This document shows, one piece after another, positions 40,028 through 54,123 of a stretch of 64,000 bases of DNA. A program made the translations under genes and the position numbers. Origin of the DNA: Octopus vulgaris (lineage: Eukaryota); NCBI GenBank assembly GCA_951406725.2, contig OX597814.1, positions 146,320,001 to 146,384,000 on the forward strand, written 5' to 3'. The notes beneath the pieces are model-generated. The model was not told the DNA's origin. It did no database searches and worked only from the letters and a program-made list of their open reading frames with translations. The stretch's first letter is position 1, and every line of letters begins with the position of its first letter.

Positions 40028-40631
40028 GGTTTCTAACTGGAACTTCACCAGGATATGAAGACTGGATTTGAAATAGGAAACCAGTTGATTACACGTTTGA
40101 ACTTTTATTTCTAAACAAATGTTGCTAATGACCTGAACGTCTAAATCATCGATGCATAGAAATAATGATTTCAAGTTAGATTTCCGACTGGGAACGTGTA
40201 CACATCTATGCATAACATAACTGATGACGAAGATATATCGAAGCGTTTGGAATTGGTGTAGACATAAATATTGAAAATATATACTTTAAAGATGGGGTTA
40301 TTAGTCTGGAAAATTATATTATTGAAAGCAACTCATTTCAGACATGTTAGACATTTAATGTACTGTGTATGATTTTTACCAAGAGAATTAATGTCGTAAG
40401 AGATATTAAGTATCTTTATTCCGACTATGAAACAGTAGGACAATATGAGTTAGTTTAGATCATATTTACGTTACTAATCATGCAGCAACTGTGGGAATAC
40501 TATCGATTTCTTTCTTGTTATTACTATGAAAAGTTTGAAATGCGGAATGATTGTGACCTGAAAACAATAGTGGTATTTAACTTCATGGCCCAGAAATTAA
40601 GAAAGAGAACGCTGAACCCGTGGGAACCATA

Positions 40632-40705
40632 TTCATAAAACAAGTATGGAAAGTATGTATGTTGATAGTTCATAAAACAAGTATGGAAAGTATGAATGCT
40701 GTTAG
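40632..40705. repeat. 37-bp tandem duplication
   Basis: TTCATAAAACAAGTATGGAAAGTATG occurs twice, 37 bp apart. Confidence 0.9.
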
Positions 40706-41070
40706 ATATTTTCCATTATGCGATGACATATACTCCAATATCTTCTAAGTTTCCATCATCCAAAATTCAGCTATGTTACAGAATAGATCTGCTTATTCTA
40801 AGACAAGCTTGCAACTTTGGCCGCTTTTCATCAAATTTTGCTGGAGTACAGTGCATCTATTTCTAGCTGGAATCATTTTATCACTTCATCCTTGATGCAG
40901 TCGATATAATTGACGCGCAGTATGGGGTCGGATGTTTAACACAATTATAATAAACGACCTTGCATTGTTATATTTTCATTTCAAATTGTAGACGTACACA
41001 ATAATCTTATATTATTATTTCAGATATTTCAAAATTCTATTTATTTTTCAGAATCGTAATGGTGACTTAT

Positions 41071-41385
41071 GGTGAAGGTGCATGGCTCAGTGGTTAGAGT
41101 TTCGAGCTTACGATTACGGACCGGGGTGCGTGTTGTGTTCTTGAGCAAGACACTTTATTTCACGTGGCTCCAATTCACTCAGCTGTAGAAATGAGTTGCG
41201 ACGTCACAGGTGCCAAGCTGTATCGGCCTTTGCCTTTCCCTTGGATAACATTGGTGGCGTGGAGAGGGGAAGCTGGTATGCATGGGCGATTGCAGGTCTT
41301 CCATAAACAACCTTGTCTGGACTTGTGCATGGTAGGGTAACTTTCTAGGTGCAATCCCACGATCAGTCATGACCGAAGTGGGTTT
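41071..41385 (+). mobile_element. SINE family C (tRNA head with CORE-like domain)
   Basis: TGGCTCAGTGGTTAGAG A box; TGTGTTCTTGAGCAAGACACTTTATTTCACGTGGCTCCAATTCACTCAGCTGTAGAAATGAGT; flanked by AATGGTG(A/G)CT direct repeats. Confidence 0.8.
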
Positions 41386-41999
41386 CAGAGAATGGTGGCT
41401 ATCATATTTATAATAAGCTTTCTCATCTTTCTATCTTTTCCTTGTATAAATGATGTATTTTCTTAGACGAGAAAATGCAGTTTAACATAGCAAACCTTCG
41501 CTTCATGTGATCGGGATCCAGATACGCATATTGTGAGGTTCATCATGCCGTAGAACGAGTCTGGATCAGTCATTGTAAGAGAAATCCCTTTCATACAACC
41601 TAGGAATACAGGAATATTAAAAATATATAATGGAGCTAAAAGTGTTTTCACATTACACGTTTGAGTGGACCTATCTGATTACGTATTCTGTTATTGTAAG
41701 CGGTGGATAGATGTCACTCAAGTATTCAGTGCTATTATATGTAGCACTGATATATTCTATCTTCTATTATGTAGTTTTAGTTTGGGAAGTTTATTAACTC
41801 CAGGATCGTGTCTAGATTTTACAGTTCTATCTGGATTAATTTTATTTACAGTAACGTTTATCTATTACAGCGCCGCACTTACCCTAAAGGAAGTATTCTC
41901 TTTATTCATCATAGTTGGGTGGCACATTGGTCTATCTTATTTTTAGAACTTGCCGATTCCTATGTGTGAGATTGCGTTCTACTCTCATATTCCTGCACC

Positions 42000-42480
42000 G
42001 TTAAGTGAAATGGTTCTGCTGGTGAACTACTGAGAAGAATATTGTTTTCACATTTCCGTATTGTCTGACAGGAGTAATAATAAACCTGATGTGTCTTAAT
42101 CTGCCGAATCGCTCTTCTACCTGTGTTTGTCTGAAACTTACATTTGGGAGGTACTTGGACATTATACATCTACGTGACTGTCATCCTACTGAGTTTATCC
42201 AGAACCACGGGGGGAACGTTGACTATAGTGATTTTGTCGTCTCTGCAGGCTACAGATTGGTGCCACTCAGATTTGCCCGCGTCTCATCTAGAGAGGTGTT
42301 CTCTGTATTTGCAGTACTAACATAAGAGCTGAACTTGAAGTGTTCTCGTGTTAATATTGCTTACAATTCTATCATTGGTAGTCCTGCCTGTTAGTATGTG
42401 CAGTACTGGCGGTTGTAGTTTTGAAGAAGGAAAATGATAATTTCGGTTTTGCTGATAATGGCTCATGGAATCATCGTTTC
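42000..42480 (-). pseudogene. Very degenerate remnant of a Tx1-type ORF1
   Basis: Minus strand, in the same order as the LINE ORF1: TRTLQVQL, then RDDKITIVNVPPVV (42209-42244; compare KITLNNVPN), then TGRRAI...SCQ (compare DGRRPRC). Confidence 0.4.
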
Positions 42481-45400
42481 ATTGACAGCAAAATTGTTGA
42501 TAATGGAGTTTGTCGACATTTATGTTGTTTTACAGTCTATCTTTGCTTTTGCCATGTTCTTGTCACCTTAGAATTTTTTGTTCTTTTTTCCTATCCTATT
42601 TTTCCCCCTATGAGATAGGGAGTTCCGAATAATCATTCTTCATTAAATATAACCAAGGTAGCATTATTGTCGTCTTCATTGCTCTGTTTGTTCTTGATAT
42701 TCTCGATGTTGCTGCATGCGATCGTGTGTGAGTAGTCGTGGCTTTGCTGCTACGTTTCGTGACTGTGGTGACGTGAATGCTTTGGGGACAATCATTTGTT
42801 TCCTTGGTTTTGCGATTTCAGAACTCCCTTTGTTCCAATGTAAACACGAATGACTAAAAAAATTAAGAATAAAAATAAGAATAATAAAATTTCCTATTTA
42901 ACAGTTCTGCCTTCCATATACGTTTGGGAACGATAGAATATCTTTCCCCTAGCCACGCACACATACACGCACACGTATACAATATCAAGAATGTGTGTGT
43001 GAGTGTGTGCTTTTGAGTGTAATGCTTGATTCGTTTATGTCAGAATATTCGCTTTACATTTACATTTCGATCTCGGAAGAATTACAGGCAATATTCCTCC
43101 CGCTAGGATTTGAACATAGACTGGAAAAAGTTGATAAAATTCTCGTAAGTCGAATTTTCTCTTGTGATTCTAAAATTCCATGAGTAATGCAATAGGAGTA
43201 ATATTTGCTTGATGAGAACACATTAAGGTAATTAGGCTACAAAGACACTTAGAAATAACACGAAGTAATGAGACAACAGTTTGAAAGAATATTTCACGCC
43301 GAGTACTGTTAAAAATTAATTAATATTTTAAGTTAAATGAATTCTAAAATGATGGAGACATACATTAATACTGTAGCAGCTGTTATATACAGCTACTTAT
43401 AAAAATGAAGTGGCTGTTACAATAGTTTCCATTAACAATTAAATGAATTCACAAACATGATGGTGTGTTCTAAATAAAGACAGCATTTACAACAGAAGTC
43501 GACATAGAAATATGTTTACTACGGAGAGAAGAATTGCACCTTTAACGTTTGAAATACTATTATAAGCTCTATATTTTGTATTACAAAAACTTACGTGGAA
43601 AGAATGAATACAAAAGAATAAAGTTAGTTTCAAAGATTAATAACACAAAAACTGTTTTCCAGCTTCAAAGACATCGAAAAAATAAGACAGAGTCGCAGGA
43701 AATATCATGAGGAGAATAATGAATTAATTATAGAAAGTATTGAAAAATGTAAAAGTAAATAATAAACTAGATTATAGATGTCATGCTGACGTGTTGGCAG
43801 ATAGAAAAACGACCTACATGGTCAATATCTAACATAATTTAGTAAAGTAAAAATTGATAAAGAGCTACTACTGTCTGGCAACTTCACAATGCAAAGTTTT
43901 TAATTCAGTGTTTTTATCTAACGTGGGAGAATTTGCTCAAGAAACAAAAAAAACCTATAATGAATTGCTAAAAATTCTATGTCAGAATGTACAGAGATTC
44001 ACTTAGCTCGTTCTGGCTCTGTCGTCTTGAAGTGACAGACGCAGAAGCGTAATAAATTCTATACAATGTAACCGATGATAGCATTACATAATATGTATTG
44101 AGGTTAGAAAATTTCAGTGCATGTATTTTCACACATAAAAAAAACAGATTAATGCAGACCACGCATACATTAATTTCACGAAGTGAGTGTGAGAGACAGC
44201 CAGATAGACAGTGAGAGAGAAAGTGTGTGTGTGTGAAAGAGTTTCTGTGAAAGAGAGAGGAGATCATTTCATAAAGCCTCAAGTTCCTTTGTAGTCACTT
44301 CTGCCAGCCGATGCGCTGCAATGGAGAGTGATATACTGAAGTATTCAAGAAACAAATGTATATTTCTAGAGAAAACGTTTTAGTTTATTTTTTTTAAACT
44401 GTCTTTGAAGTCGGAAAACACGTTTTGAGCTACTCCTAGTTTCATTTAGTTGTTAGCATTGATTTTTAAATATATTAGTTTTGTACTTCTAAATATATAT
44501 TTTAATATAGCGTTCTAATGTCAAAAGTGCAGTACCTCCCTCCGATCGTGTTAAATAATGTCTTTATATAGCCCTCTGTTGTAAATAGTCTCGATTCTTT
44601 AATGTTTTTCACGAAGTTTGTAAAACCCACTTAACATTTAGTGAAAAATATTGTAACGGCAATTGATATTTGCATATTTTCAAAGAATGAATACCAAAGC
44701 AGCAGGAGTATTCATATATAATACTTTAATTTTAGAATATAGCTCATTTAAGTATTTAGTTCAATGAAAATATATTCGTACGAAAAACGTTTTCACATCT
44801 TTTCAGGCGTTTTACAAGCTATCGCCGACATTATTGATTGGAAATCGGAATTCCTATAGCAGAAATCTGACTGCAGCTCTGGGTTGAAGAACAACAATTC
44901 CGAAAGAATATAAATCAAAATCAACCCTGTTGAAGTTTGAACCCACAACGGAAATATTTGGAACAATTATCGTAATGCACTGTGTCAGGCACATTTACTG
45001 CCGCTGATGATTGCTTTCAATTTCAAAGACAAAAAATCAACCCTATCCCCCCTGAATTACATCTGATATTATTAAGTCTGCGAAATAAATGGAAACATTA
45101 ATTATAGCAGATATATTGGAAACGCTGCAAAGGAACGCCTACAAATATATAACAATTACAACTTACAACACATACACAGTTTAGAAGCAATAACGCTACT
45201 AGCAGCTGCACGGTTAATGTAGATATATGTTACTTGAAATACAATAGAGATTTCTCATGGCAAATGTCTCACTAAATTAAAATATATTTCCCGTCCGATT
45301 TGATCAACGTATCCCGGGAAACAATTATCCTTGGATAAATTCTAATCCTCAAAGTATTCCAATTTTATTTGACCAATGTGTTTACTTGGATCGTTCATTA

Positions 45401-46029
45401 TCACGAACATTCTATTTACTAGCTAAAGATGTATCTCTTTCGGAATTATAAGTTCATGTATTGAACGTGTATGTTAGCTGTGCGCCTCCAGTTTCACATA
45501 ATGATATTCCGTTATAGTGATATATGACAATAAGAGAAGGCATCTAATTTCCCATAACCCTCTTGCAAATTATTTATAAGAATATCACGAATACGATTGA
45601 CAATTATCAGTTTATTATAGTTTTCAATATCTCGGAAACTTTCCGACATATTATATGGTGTCTGTACACGGTAGCTGTCTTTTAACAAAATATACAACTG
45701 AATGTTCTTTAAATAATACATTATTGGCTTCGAAAATGAAGGATATCTCAAACAAGATAGTCGTAGATGCATTGCCGGATAAAAGTCGGAGTGGCAACGG
45801 TTGAAATGTGTGTGGTTGTAGACCTGTCATTCAGGAGATCAACTGGGAGTAAAGGAATTTGACACTTACATACTTGAGGCAAACTTAATGCAATACAAAT
45901 TATAACTGGAAATTGTCATTTCACACTAGAAACAGTTGATTCAATAGCATGTACAGGATCCGAAATTCATTGACATCCAAACTAAAGAAGAGAAAGTAAG
46001 GACTTGTACATTTTCAAAATTGATATCGA

Positions 46030-46030
46030 C

Positions 46031-46115
<85 letters not shown>
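46030..46115. repeat. (TATC)n microsatellite
   Basis: Direct reading; similar arrays at 7816, 23030 and 50848. Confidence 0.95.
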
Positions 46116-46214
46116 ATCCTTAAATCTGCTTCTGATTACTGAAAAACTACCATACATACACCGTGTCGTATGTTAAGGAGTCGGATCAACATAAGTGCAC
46201 TAGGCACAATAATT

Positions 46215-46410
46215 ATTTCGTTATTGCCCACTGGGGGCTAAACATAGAGAGAACAAACAAAGGCAGACAAAGGGATTAAGTCGATTACATTGACACCAGT
46301 GCGTAACTGGTACTTACTTAATCGACCCCGGAATGATGAAGGGCAAAGTCGACCTCGGCGGAATTTGAACTCATGGCTGACGAAATGCCACTTGGTAGTT
46401 CGCCTGGCGT
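46215..46410 (-). mobile_element. SINE family B, tail type 2, with 16-bp TSD
   Basis: Minus strand GAGTTCAAATTCCGCCGAGGTCGACTTTGCC...TATGTTTAGCCCCCAGTGGGCAATAA; TSD ACTAGGCACA(A/C)TAATT at 46199-46214 and 46411-46426. Confidence 0.88.
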
Positions 46411-46769
46411 ACTAGGCACACTAATTGTTATTAATAAGAAAATGCTTGAATGACTTTGGTAGTGTCCATTTTCCAGTATGCATGAACTAGTATTGAGATA
46501 CGTCTTAACTTATTTAATGATTGTGTTACCTTTAAGAAACATTTGTTTATTGTTTGAATGAATATAAAGTTGAAATACACTATTCCAGTATTGCATTTCA
46601 TTGAAGAAACATTTATGGTTTCATAATTTATAACAGTATTGTCACAATGTTGTATTCCCAAGTACGTTTCTCCTTCGACACAAGTTTGACATATCTTTTT
46701 GTACGTGCATTTTGAAAATAAATTTGTTTCTTCTACAACATATCTTGGACATTAGGCGTATAAATTATG

Positions 46770-46803
46770 CAAGGGTGCGTGTTGTACGCTGGCAAGTAGG
46801 GTA
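46770..46803. mobile_element. Possible decayed terminus of a pogo/Tigger-like DNA transposon
   Basis: GGGTGCGTGTTGTACGCTGGCAAGTAGGGTA resembles GGGTGCGTCTTATAC...AAATACGGTA ends; no partner end identified. Confidence 0.3.
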
Positions 46804-49800
46804 TTTAAAGATATAAACGAGTTGTCTGATTGTATAAAGCAGAGTGGGACCCTGGTCATACGATTTGTAACAGAGATAGGCTATATGTTTGACGTAAGAA
46901 TATACAAAACTATCACAGCTTTATTTACTTACATTGTTGTGTTATTAAATAGAGCTGTTCAATTAAATCAAATTAAATAAGAAATAGGTATATATAACCT
47001 AGGTATATATTTATATTAGTGTGACAAAGTGGTCAATTTTCTCTTACACTATCTCCATATGCAAATCTAACATAAGCAACTGCAGCGATATATTTGAACA
47101 AGATACAATTGAAATTGTTCTCTATGCTAAAAGAACACACAAAACACCATCATTAAAAGACTTAAGTAAATAAATGCGGTGTCATCATGTTTAGAAACAT
47201 ATATTCCCGAATTAACCTAAAGTCTGAAGCAATAAATTGGAGTTGTCAGTCATGAAAGTTGAAACAAAGTAATTTAAATGTGATTTCAAACAATATTTGA
47301 AGTTCGAAGAATTGGAATAGATCGCAAAAACGTCAAATATTAACAGCAATAAGATAAACATTTAAAAGGAACAGGAAATTTATATTTAAAATAAAAGTGG
47401 ATATATATCTGATATATGTGAAATCCTTCAAACCTATGCTAGATGGAAAACATAACAACATACAAATGTTCTCTCGAGAAAAAATAAACATCAATGTGCT
47501 GTTAATATGATTAAATGAGCGCATTCACTTTCATATATTTGTGAATGCATGCATTTTACATGTAGTCATTATTTCCTGGATACTGCTAAAACATTATTGG
47601 TATTTTCCTTCAAACTGCGTTGTATGTTGAGAGTAATATATAGGGTAATAGCGATATATATTACAAATGAGAACTCTTGTTTAATCACCATTATCTCGTA
47701 AAATAAGCAAGCATGTAATTTCATTTCAGTTTTGATCTTCGTTACAGCAACATTAATTTTTATTTCATATTAAAATGTTAATAACAAAGCGTTGATTAGC
47801 AGATATTGATTTCTAGATGTATCGTAGTTTCGGTGACATATCTATATTCAGCCATAGGAATATATTGCTCATTTAATCGTGTTCCATTAATCTAGTCAGG
47901 CGGAGGCCAAAACATAACTTAATATAAAATAATTATAATCTTGTTTTTGATTGCTCAATGTAATTTTGTTTCTCTGATGAGCGGGTTTATTTAAATTGAT
48001 GGCATATATTCATTGTTGATAATTCTCTATATTGAATGGACAGTATGTATTTTGTTTATTTTCCATGCAAAAATAAATGATTATAGTATTCGAAAATAAC
48101 GTTAACCCTCTCAATGTAAAGCAATGAAATTAATAAAATCCTTCATGTAGATATATTGTGTATACAGATATAGAACATAACATTTATCTATGAGAATATA
48201 AAATATATATTCTCACAAGTGCCCATTACCTCTGTAAATATAGGCATGTGTAATGGAAATTCTGTAGTTATGTAATTTGTTTTAGCCAAAACAACGAGAG
48301 TCATGCGTCTTATATCTATTTTTTTTTAATTTTTAGGCTGGATTGTGGACTATCGGACGATTTCACATGTGAAATACCCTATAAAAACATCCGCCCCGGT
48401 AATTTCGGAAGACTATGTAATAATAAGCTAAATGATGCAAAAAATATTGGACAAAATCTGAAATGCAATTAAACTCTATACAAGCAATCGATATATGGGT
48501 ATGTATGTTACTTTTTAAATTGATATAAAGTTTACTTACCGAAGGAAAGAGACAAAATATGCAGAAACGAAAAGTTACACTACATAAATATATCCTAAAC
48601 CTACTTAGAATAAATTCCCTGGAACGATAAATAACATACAAATAGAGACAATATTGCTTGCAGATACCTGCTTAAAGCACAAATGTCAGAGAATGCAATT
48701 GTTATTTAGATAGAGGCGATATCTGACGATTTTCAAACCTATTCCAAAGTATGAATATACGTTTAAGAGGAGAATTTATAGATACGTAAGTAAATAGCTG
48801 AAATAATTGTCAACAATACCCCTAATACCAGCTAGCTATCTTATGCATGGGCATCTATTTGTGTGTGTAGGCATATTTGAAAGTGTGTCTAACCCGGATG
48901 GAAAGTAGAGATGTACATGTGTATCTGTACATTCATAAACACGTGTCAATTTAAACAACGTCTACGTAACTGCATACACGTGACCCAGTAAATGTATATA
49001 GTTGTGTATATAATTATGTGTGCCTGCATTTATGTATACGCCTATATTCTTGTTCCCGTAAACTTGATAGGCAGTGTATGTTATACATATATTTGTACAT
49101 TTTGAAAATAAGCGAGCGCATATTTATGTAACCACAGTCGTGATGAGATATTAGGCTGTGCCCACGAACTTTTTTCAGATACTCCAATACTGATAGAATG
49201 CAGAGAGGACGTTTTCTTCAAGTTTTCGACCAGGCCGAACGCTTTAACAATTTCCTCTCCTCAAAAGCACTTGTCGAGCGGTAGTGTTAAACCTGGCCAC
49301 GAAGAAAACATACCCAAAAAGCAGCCATTACTGAATTTTCAAAATCAGAAACAAGCCTATATATTCGCTATTCTTTCAACTCCTTTGAATCTCGTTGACA
49401 TATAACACTGCCGAAATACATACAAAAGCTATGATAATTGTTAATCTCTCGCACAAAAACATTTACTCTCCGTTTTTTCGAAAAGAATTGTAAAATATTC
49501 ACTTTCTTTTGCGTCTGCATAAATTAATTTGAGATTCCTTTATTGTCCTTGTCAAAATTAGTTCTCGTACAGATGGAGAAAGATCGATGCGCTTACTCCA
49601 CCAAGTGCTAATTTATGCATAACATTGTTCTGTGCTATCTAGCATACGATCGTCATCATCTGTCTCATTTGATGATGAAGGAGAATCAGAAAAACTAAAA
49701 ATTTTCTTCAATCATTTATCTGCGATTTGAATTCTCCTATCGACAAGGGCCACTTGCGCTTAAGCACATTTACGAAGTAGACGCACTGATATCAATTGAT

Positions 49801-50847
49801 GAAGGCCGTATCCATGTAAAGGTTTTGAAAAGCCAAACTAATGATAATTGATGTTCTGGAACGAAACAACAAATGATGATATTTGCTTTTAAGGATTAAG
49901 TAACATTTTAATTCTTAAAAGTGTTAAGCTAATTTAAAAACGAAACTAGAAGCTACGCAAAAATATCTTGATGAAATATCGCTCTGAAGATCATGAATAA
50001 AGTATAAACAACGTACAGACGCACTTACACATACAAACACACAAGTGCAGATACAGCATATCTGTGTTTGCACGAATGTTCCAGATTTTATCATATAATT
50101 ACAAAGTTTAAAATTTGACGAAATACTACCATTTAGGGAATAAATATATTGTACGTATGTATATTAAGTTGGCTCTAAAGTGTTTTGCATTACAGACACG
50201 AAGGTATGCAATTCTTCTCAAAGTATATTTCAAAGCATTAACATTTCCTTGTGGAATTTTAAACTAGCCAATCAAGTTTGCTTAACAAATGTTTGTTCTA
50301 AATTTCAGGAGCATATATCATAATTGCTGAGAGGCGTATAAAAATGAATTTGTAAATTCTTTTAATGCATATATAAAACGAAAGAAGCGTATTTATTCCA
50401 TTAAATATGGAAAGAATTAAATTCATTGAAAATATGATGTAAGTGGATAATACAAGTGTAGTAGGTAAAGGATGTGCCAACAAACATACATTGCGACAGT
50501 AAAAGCGGAAATTAAACGTGAACAATGTACATTAAAAGAGAACATGCTTATGCAAACTATAATACACTCAACAAAATCGGAATAAAATTCCTTTAAAGAA
50601 ATGTGTTACGGATTAAAACAAGAATTATTTCCTATTCATAAATTATATATGTGTGTGAGTGTGTGTGCGCGTGTGTGTATGTATCTGTGTATATATGTAA
50701 CTATCTTTATCTATACACACAGACATGTATATATACAAATACAGAGAGAGATAGAGATAGATAGAGAGATATATATAGAGAGATAGAGATAGAGATAGAT
50801 CGAGAGAGAAATAGAGAGTGAGAAAGATAGAGAGAGAAAAAGATAGG

Positions 50848-50928
<81 letters not shown>

Positions 50929-51637
50929 TGTATATGTGGTTCGCTGAAGTCTGAAAGAGGTAATATGAAGTGCTTGATGAATGAGTCTTTTCTGCATTCT
51001 ATGTATGTGACGTATTACAGAACATCATCAAATAACAAAAAATATTTTACATATATTGCCATTTATAGCAAAATAAGAACCGCATTTATCATTTTACACT
51101 TCAAGTTCAATGTAATACGGTTACGCCATTCTTCCCCTTCTTTTTATATGGTGCTTATCTTTTTATACTTTATGTGAAATATCCCTTGAAATCTATAGAT
51201 TTTCTGCCCATGCTTTACTTAAACATATATACATGCATACATGCATACATACGTACATACAGACATACACACGCGCACACACACACATATATATATATAT
51301 ATGTTCTATACTTGTGTAAAGAGATGATTATTTCAATTATGTATTGGTGTCTGAACCATACCTAAACACTACATACAGATATATATGCGCACATGGATGC
51401 ACGCACAGGTATATGAACACATATATGTTTTTGAATGTACAACTAATGTATATTTTAGCCATTCGATGTATACTTGAAAATACTATTCTGTGTAAGTCGA
51501 GCAGGAGATATGTGTGCTTAATACATTTTTGATTGTATAATACTTGAATTCTTTGAGCACATTGAGTTTCATTATTCATCCGTTGAGAGCCATCCACTCC
51601 CCATTCGCAGAAAATGCGAATAATGGTCCTGAACCGA

Positions 51638-51678
<41 letters not shown>

Positions 51679-52011
51679 TGAGAAACATTTCCTCGCCTGA
51701 GGAAACAACTAGATCTCATAATGCAGGGAAGTGGTTACATAATCATGTACATACTCGCTTCGTGATCTACGTTGTGTGGAAGCAATCGTAGAGGTTAAAA
51801 AACAAATGTCTAACCATACCGTACTCCTTGTTGACTCCAATTTTGTCAATTATGCATTCACAAACGAAAGATGCCCAAACGGAAACCTGGAAGTTCTTAA
51901 AATACTACTACTGGATAGCATAAGGTAAATCTGAAGGTGGTCAAGCCTTATACTGTACTCTACTAGTTTCTTAACAAAATACATGTCTATATCTATCTAT
52001 CAATCTCTCTG

Positions 52012-52080
<69 letters not shown>

Positions 52081-52939
52081 TGTATATATATATATATGCA
52101 TGTAGATCATAAAAAAAATATTTTTTTCTTTGTAACTATATGGCTAACTGACTAGCAATTTGCATGTACGCTTGTTTGCCTACATATCTCTATGTCTCAG
52201 TCACTATACGTTTTGAATTTTTTGTGCATGTGAGTAATGTCATATTAAAAAAGTGACTATATTCGAGTTGATTTTATTATTAAGTATTTGTATCGTTATA
52301 TATTATGTAAGTCTAATTTAGTGTAATAGAATCCCTAACTCTATGAGTATTTTTTGTATCGCAATGAAGATAATGCTTTTTTGCTGCAATGTTTTCAGCA
52401 CATTAAAATCATGGGAATAATAATATAACTAATTATAGTATTTAACAACAGACAGAAGAAAAAAAAAGTAATTAATTTCTAGGAGACTAATACATTTTAC
52501 CTGTAAATTTCTTTTCGTGTTTTGCAATCGTTCTGTATGTAATTTTGCTTTCTTGTTGGGTTTCTTTAGAAAATTGTTTTGCTGAAATCTATAGGTAATC
52601 CATACAATTTTATCATATTCATAGTTATTGGTTGTCTTGTTACTCACAAAATACAAAACAAATTACATCACAGTATACACGATGTATATTCACACTGTAA
52701 ACGTAAGCACGAACTAAGATATATTGCAAAATATGATATCCCAAATCTCTCCAATAACATCGAGCCACAAATCAACAGCTTATTAAACTAGATATTAATC
52801 CAGTTAATAGATTGTTGATTTCAAGATTGCATTGAACACAGAAATTTCAGTGTAATCTTGAAATAAAACTTAGATATTATTGCTAACACTATACTTACAA
52901 AGATGGAATTAGTTCTTCTGTCATTGTGGGCAATGATCA

Positions 52940-53280
52940 AGTGCTTCGCATGGGAGAAGACAAGGTACGGTGTGTCCGACTGTGGATAGCTAGTCCAAAG
53001 CGTGGTGATAAGGTTCTGCCGTAGGTCGGACACTGGTGATGTGCTGGGATTGACAGAGAGTAGTAGAATCTCTACTTGTGCAGTTGGCAATCCTGTTCTG
53101 TTTATAGCAGGTGGTACCTTGGTAGTTCAACCTCGCCAAGGAAAGCGGCCTTGCGCTTGCTTTTCCCAGGTGTCGAGGTTTATTTCACAGCTCTTCAGTG
53201 AGGCTTTGAGTGCATCCTTGAAGCGGCTTTTTCTACCTTGCGTGAACTTTACGTCAGACATTTCTCTGTAAAACAGTCTC
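52940..53280 (-). mobile_element. RTE-clade LINE 3' remnant
   Basis: Minus-strand translation RLFYREMS...RFKDALKASLKSCEINLDTWEKQAQGRFPWR, typical of the RTE/BovB-type ORF C-terminus, followed by a short 3' UTR. Confidence 0.8.
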
Positions 53281-54059
53281 TAAGTTTAAAAAGAAAACTG
53301 TTTGTACTCATGAGGAAATGTATTAATCTAGGAAATAGAAAATAGCTATACTTGTGTGGAAGAACGAAAAAATATTAGGCACCAAATTATACAGTTGATG
53401 CAGTAAAGGCGTTAAACTTGGTATTTACATAATTCAGAAGAGACGATTTCTTCCAGAAGTGGTTGTATAAAAGCTGCACCGACCATCTTTTACGAGTGTA
53501 TGGAAAAATGCACGAAGCATTTATTAAATTCTTCAGCAATGATGAGATATTTCTACTATGTTTGATAGGATGATAATTACAAGAGCAGAACTAGGGATGC
53601 TGCTTTTCGCTAGAATGGAATGTATGCTGTTATGCTTAGTAAGGAAGACGTTATTGTTTGAAGATAGAGCGACATTTTGGGTATCTTGATAGGTGGAATT
53701 ACAAAACAAAATTGTACCTACTTGTCAGGAAAATTGTGTCCCATGTGTACGCAAACTGGATTCTAATTACAGAGCATTAATAGAACCAATTAGTTACTCC
53801 ATGATAAATGTGTGGCATGGGGGCGTCTGCAAGTTGACAAATCTAATATCGCACTTAGCATTTATTTCGCACTTAGTGCTATATTCAGTTAGAGGACTGA
53901 ATGTTGATTACAATAATATAAAAAATGGTGTTGGATATTAGAAGAGAGAAATTGTATTTTTTTCTGATTGAGTGCAGAATCTTCAAAAAAGGACTGCTGT
54001 CCTCTCAGTATAAATTAAGAGATAATCGACTGAATAAGTGCTTTTGGCTTGTATCCCAA

Positions 54060-54123
54060 CAAGAGAATGAAGTATTTATCTCTAATAATCAAGAGAATGA
54101 AGCCTTTATCTCTAATAATCAAG
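54060..54123. repeat. 30-bp tandem duplication
   Basis: CAAGAGAATGAAG..TTTATCTCTAATAAT twice. Confidence 0.9.

Noticed and set aside
44005-44050. Hairpin TTCTG..TCTGTC/GACAGA..CAGAA as a pre-miRNA
   Set aside because: The stem is too short and matches no mature miRNA I recognise.
44800-44990. Possible exon after a TTTTCAG acceptor
   Set aside because: No sustained ORF or clear donor site; such acceptors occur often by chance.
51687-51704. TTTCCTC-GCCT-GAGGAAA containing CTGAGGA
   Set aside because: No stem II or downstream GAAA box in hammerhead geometry; just a small hairpin.
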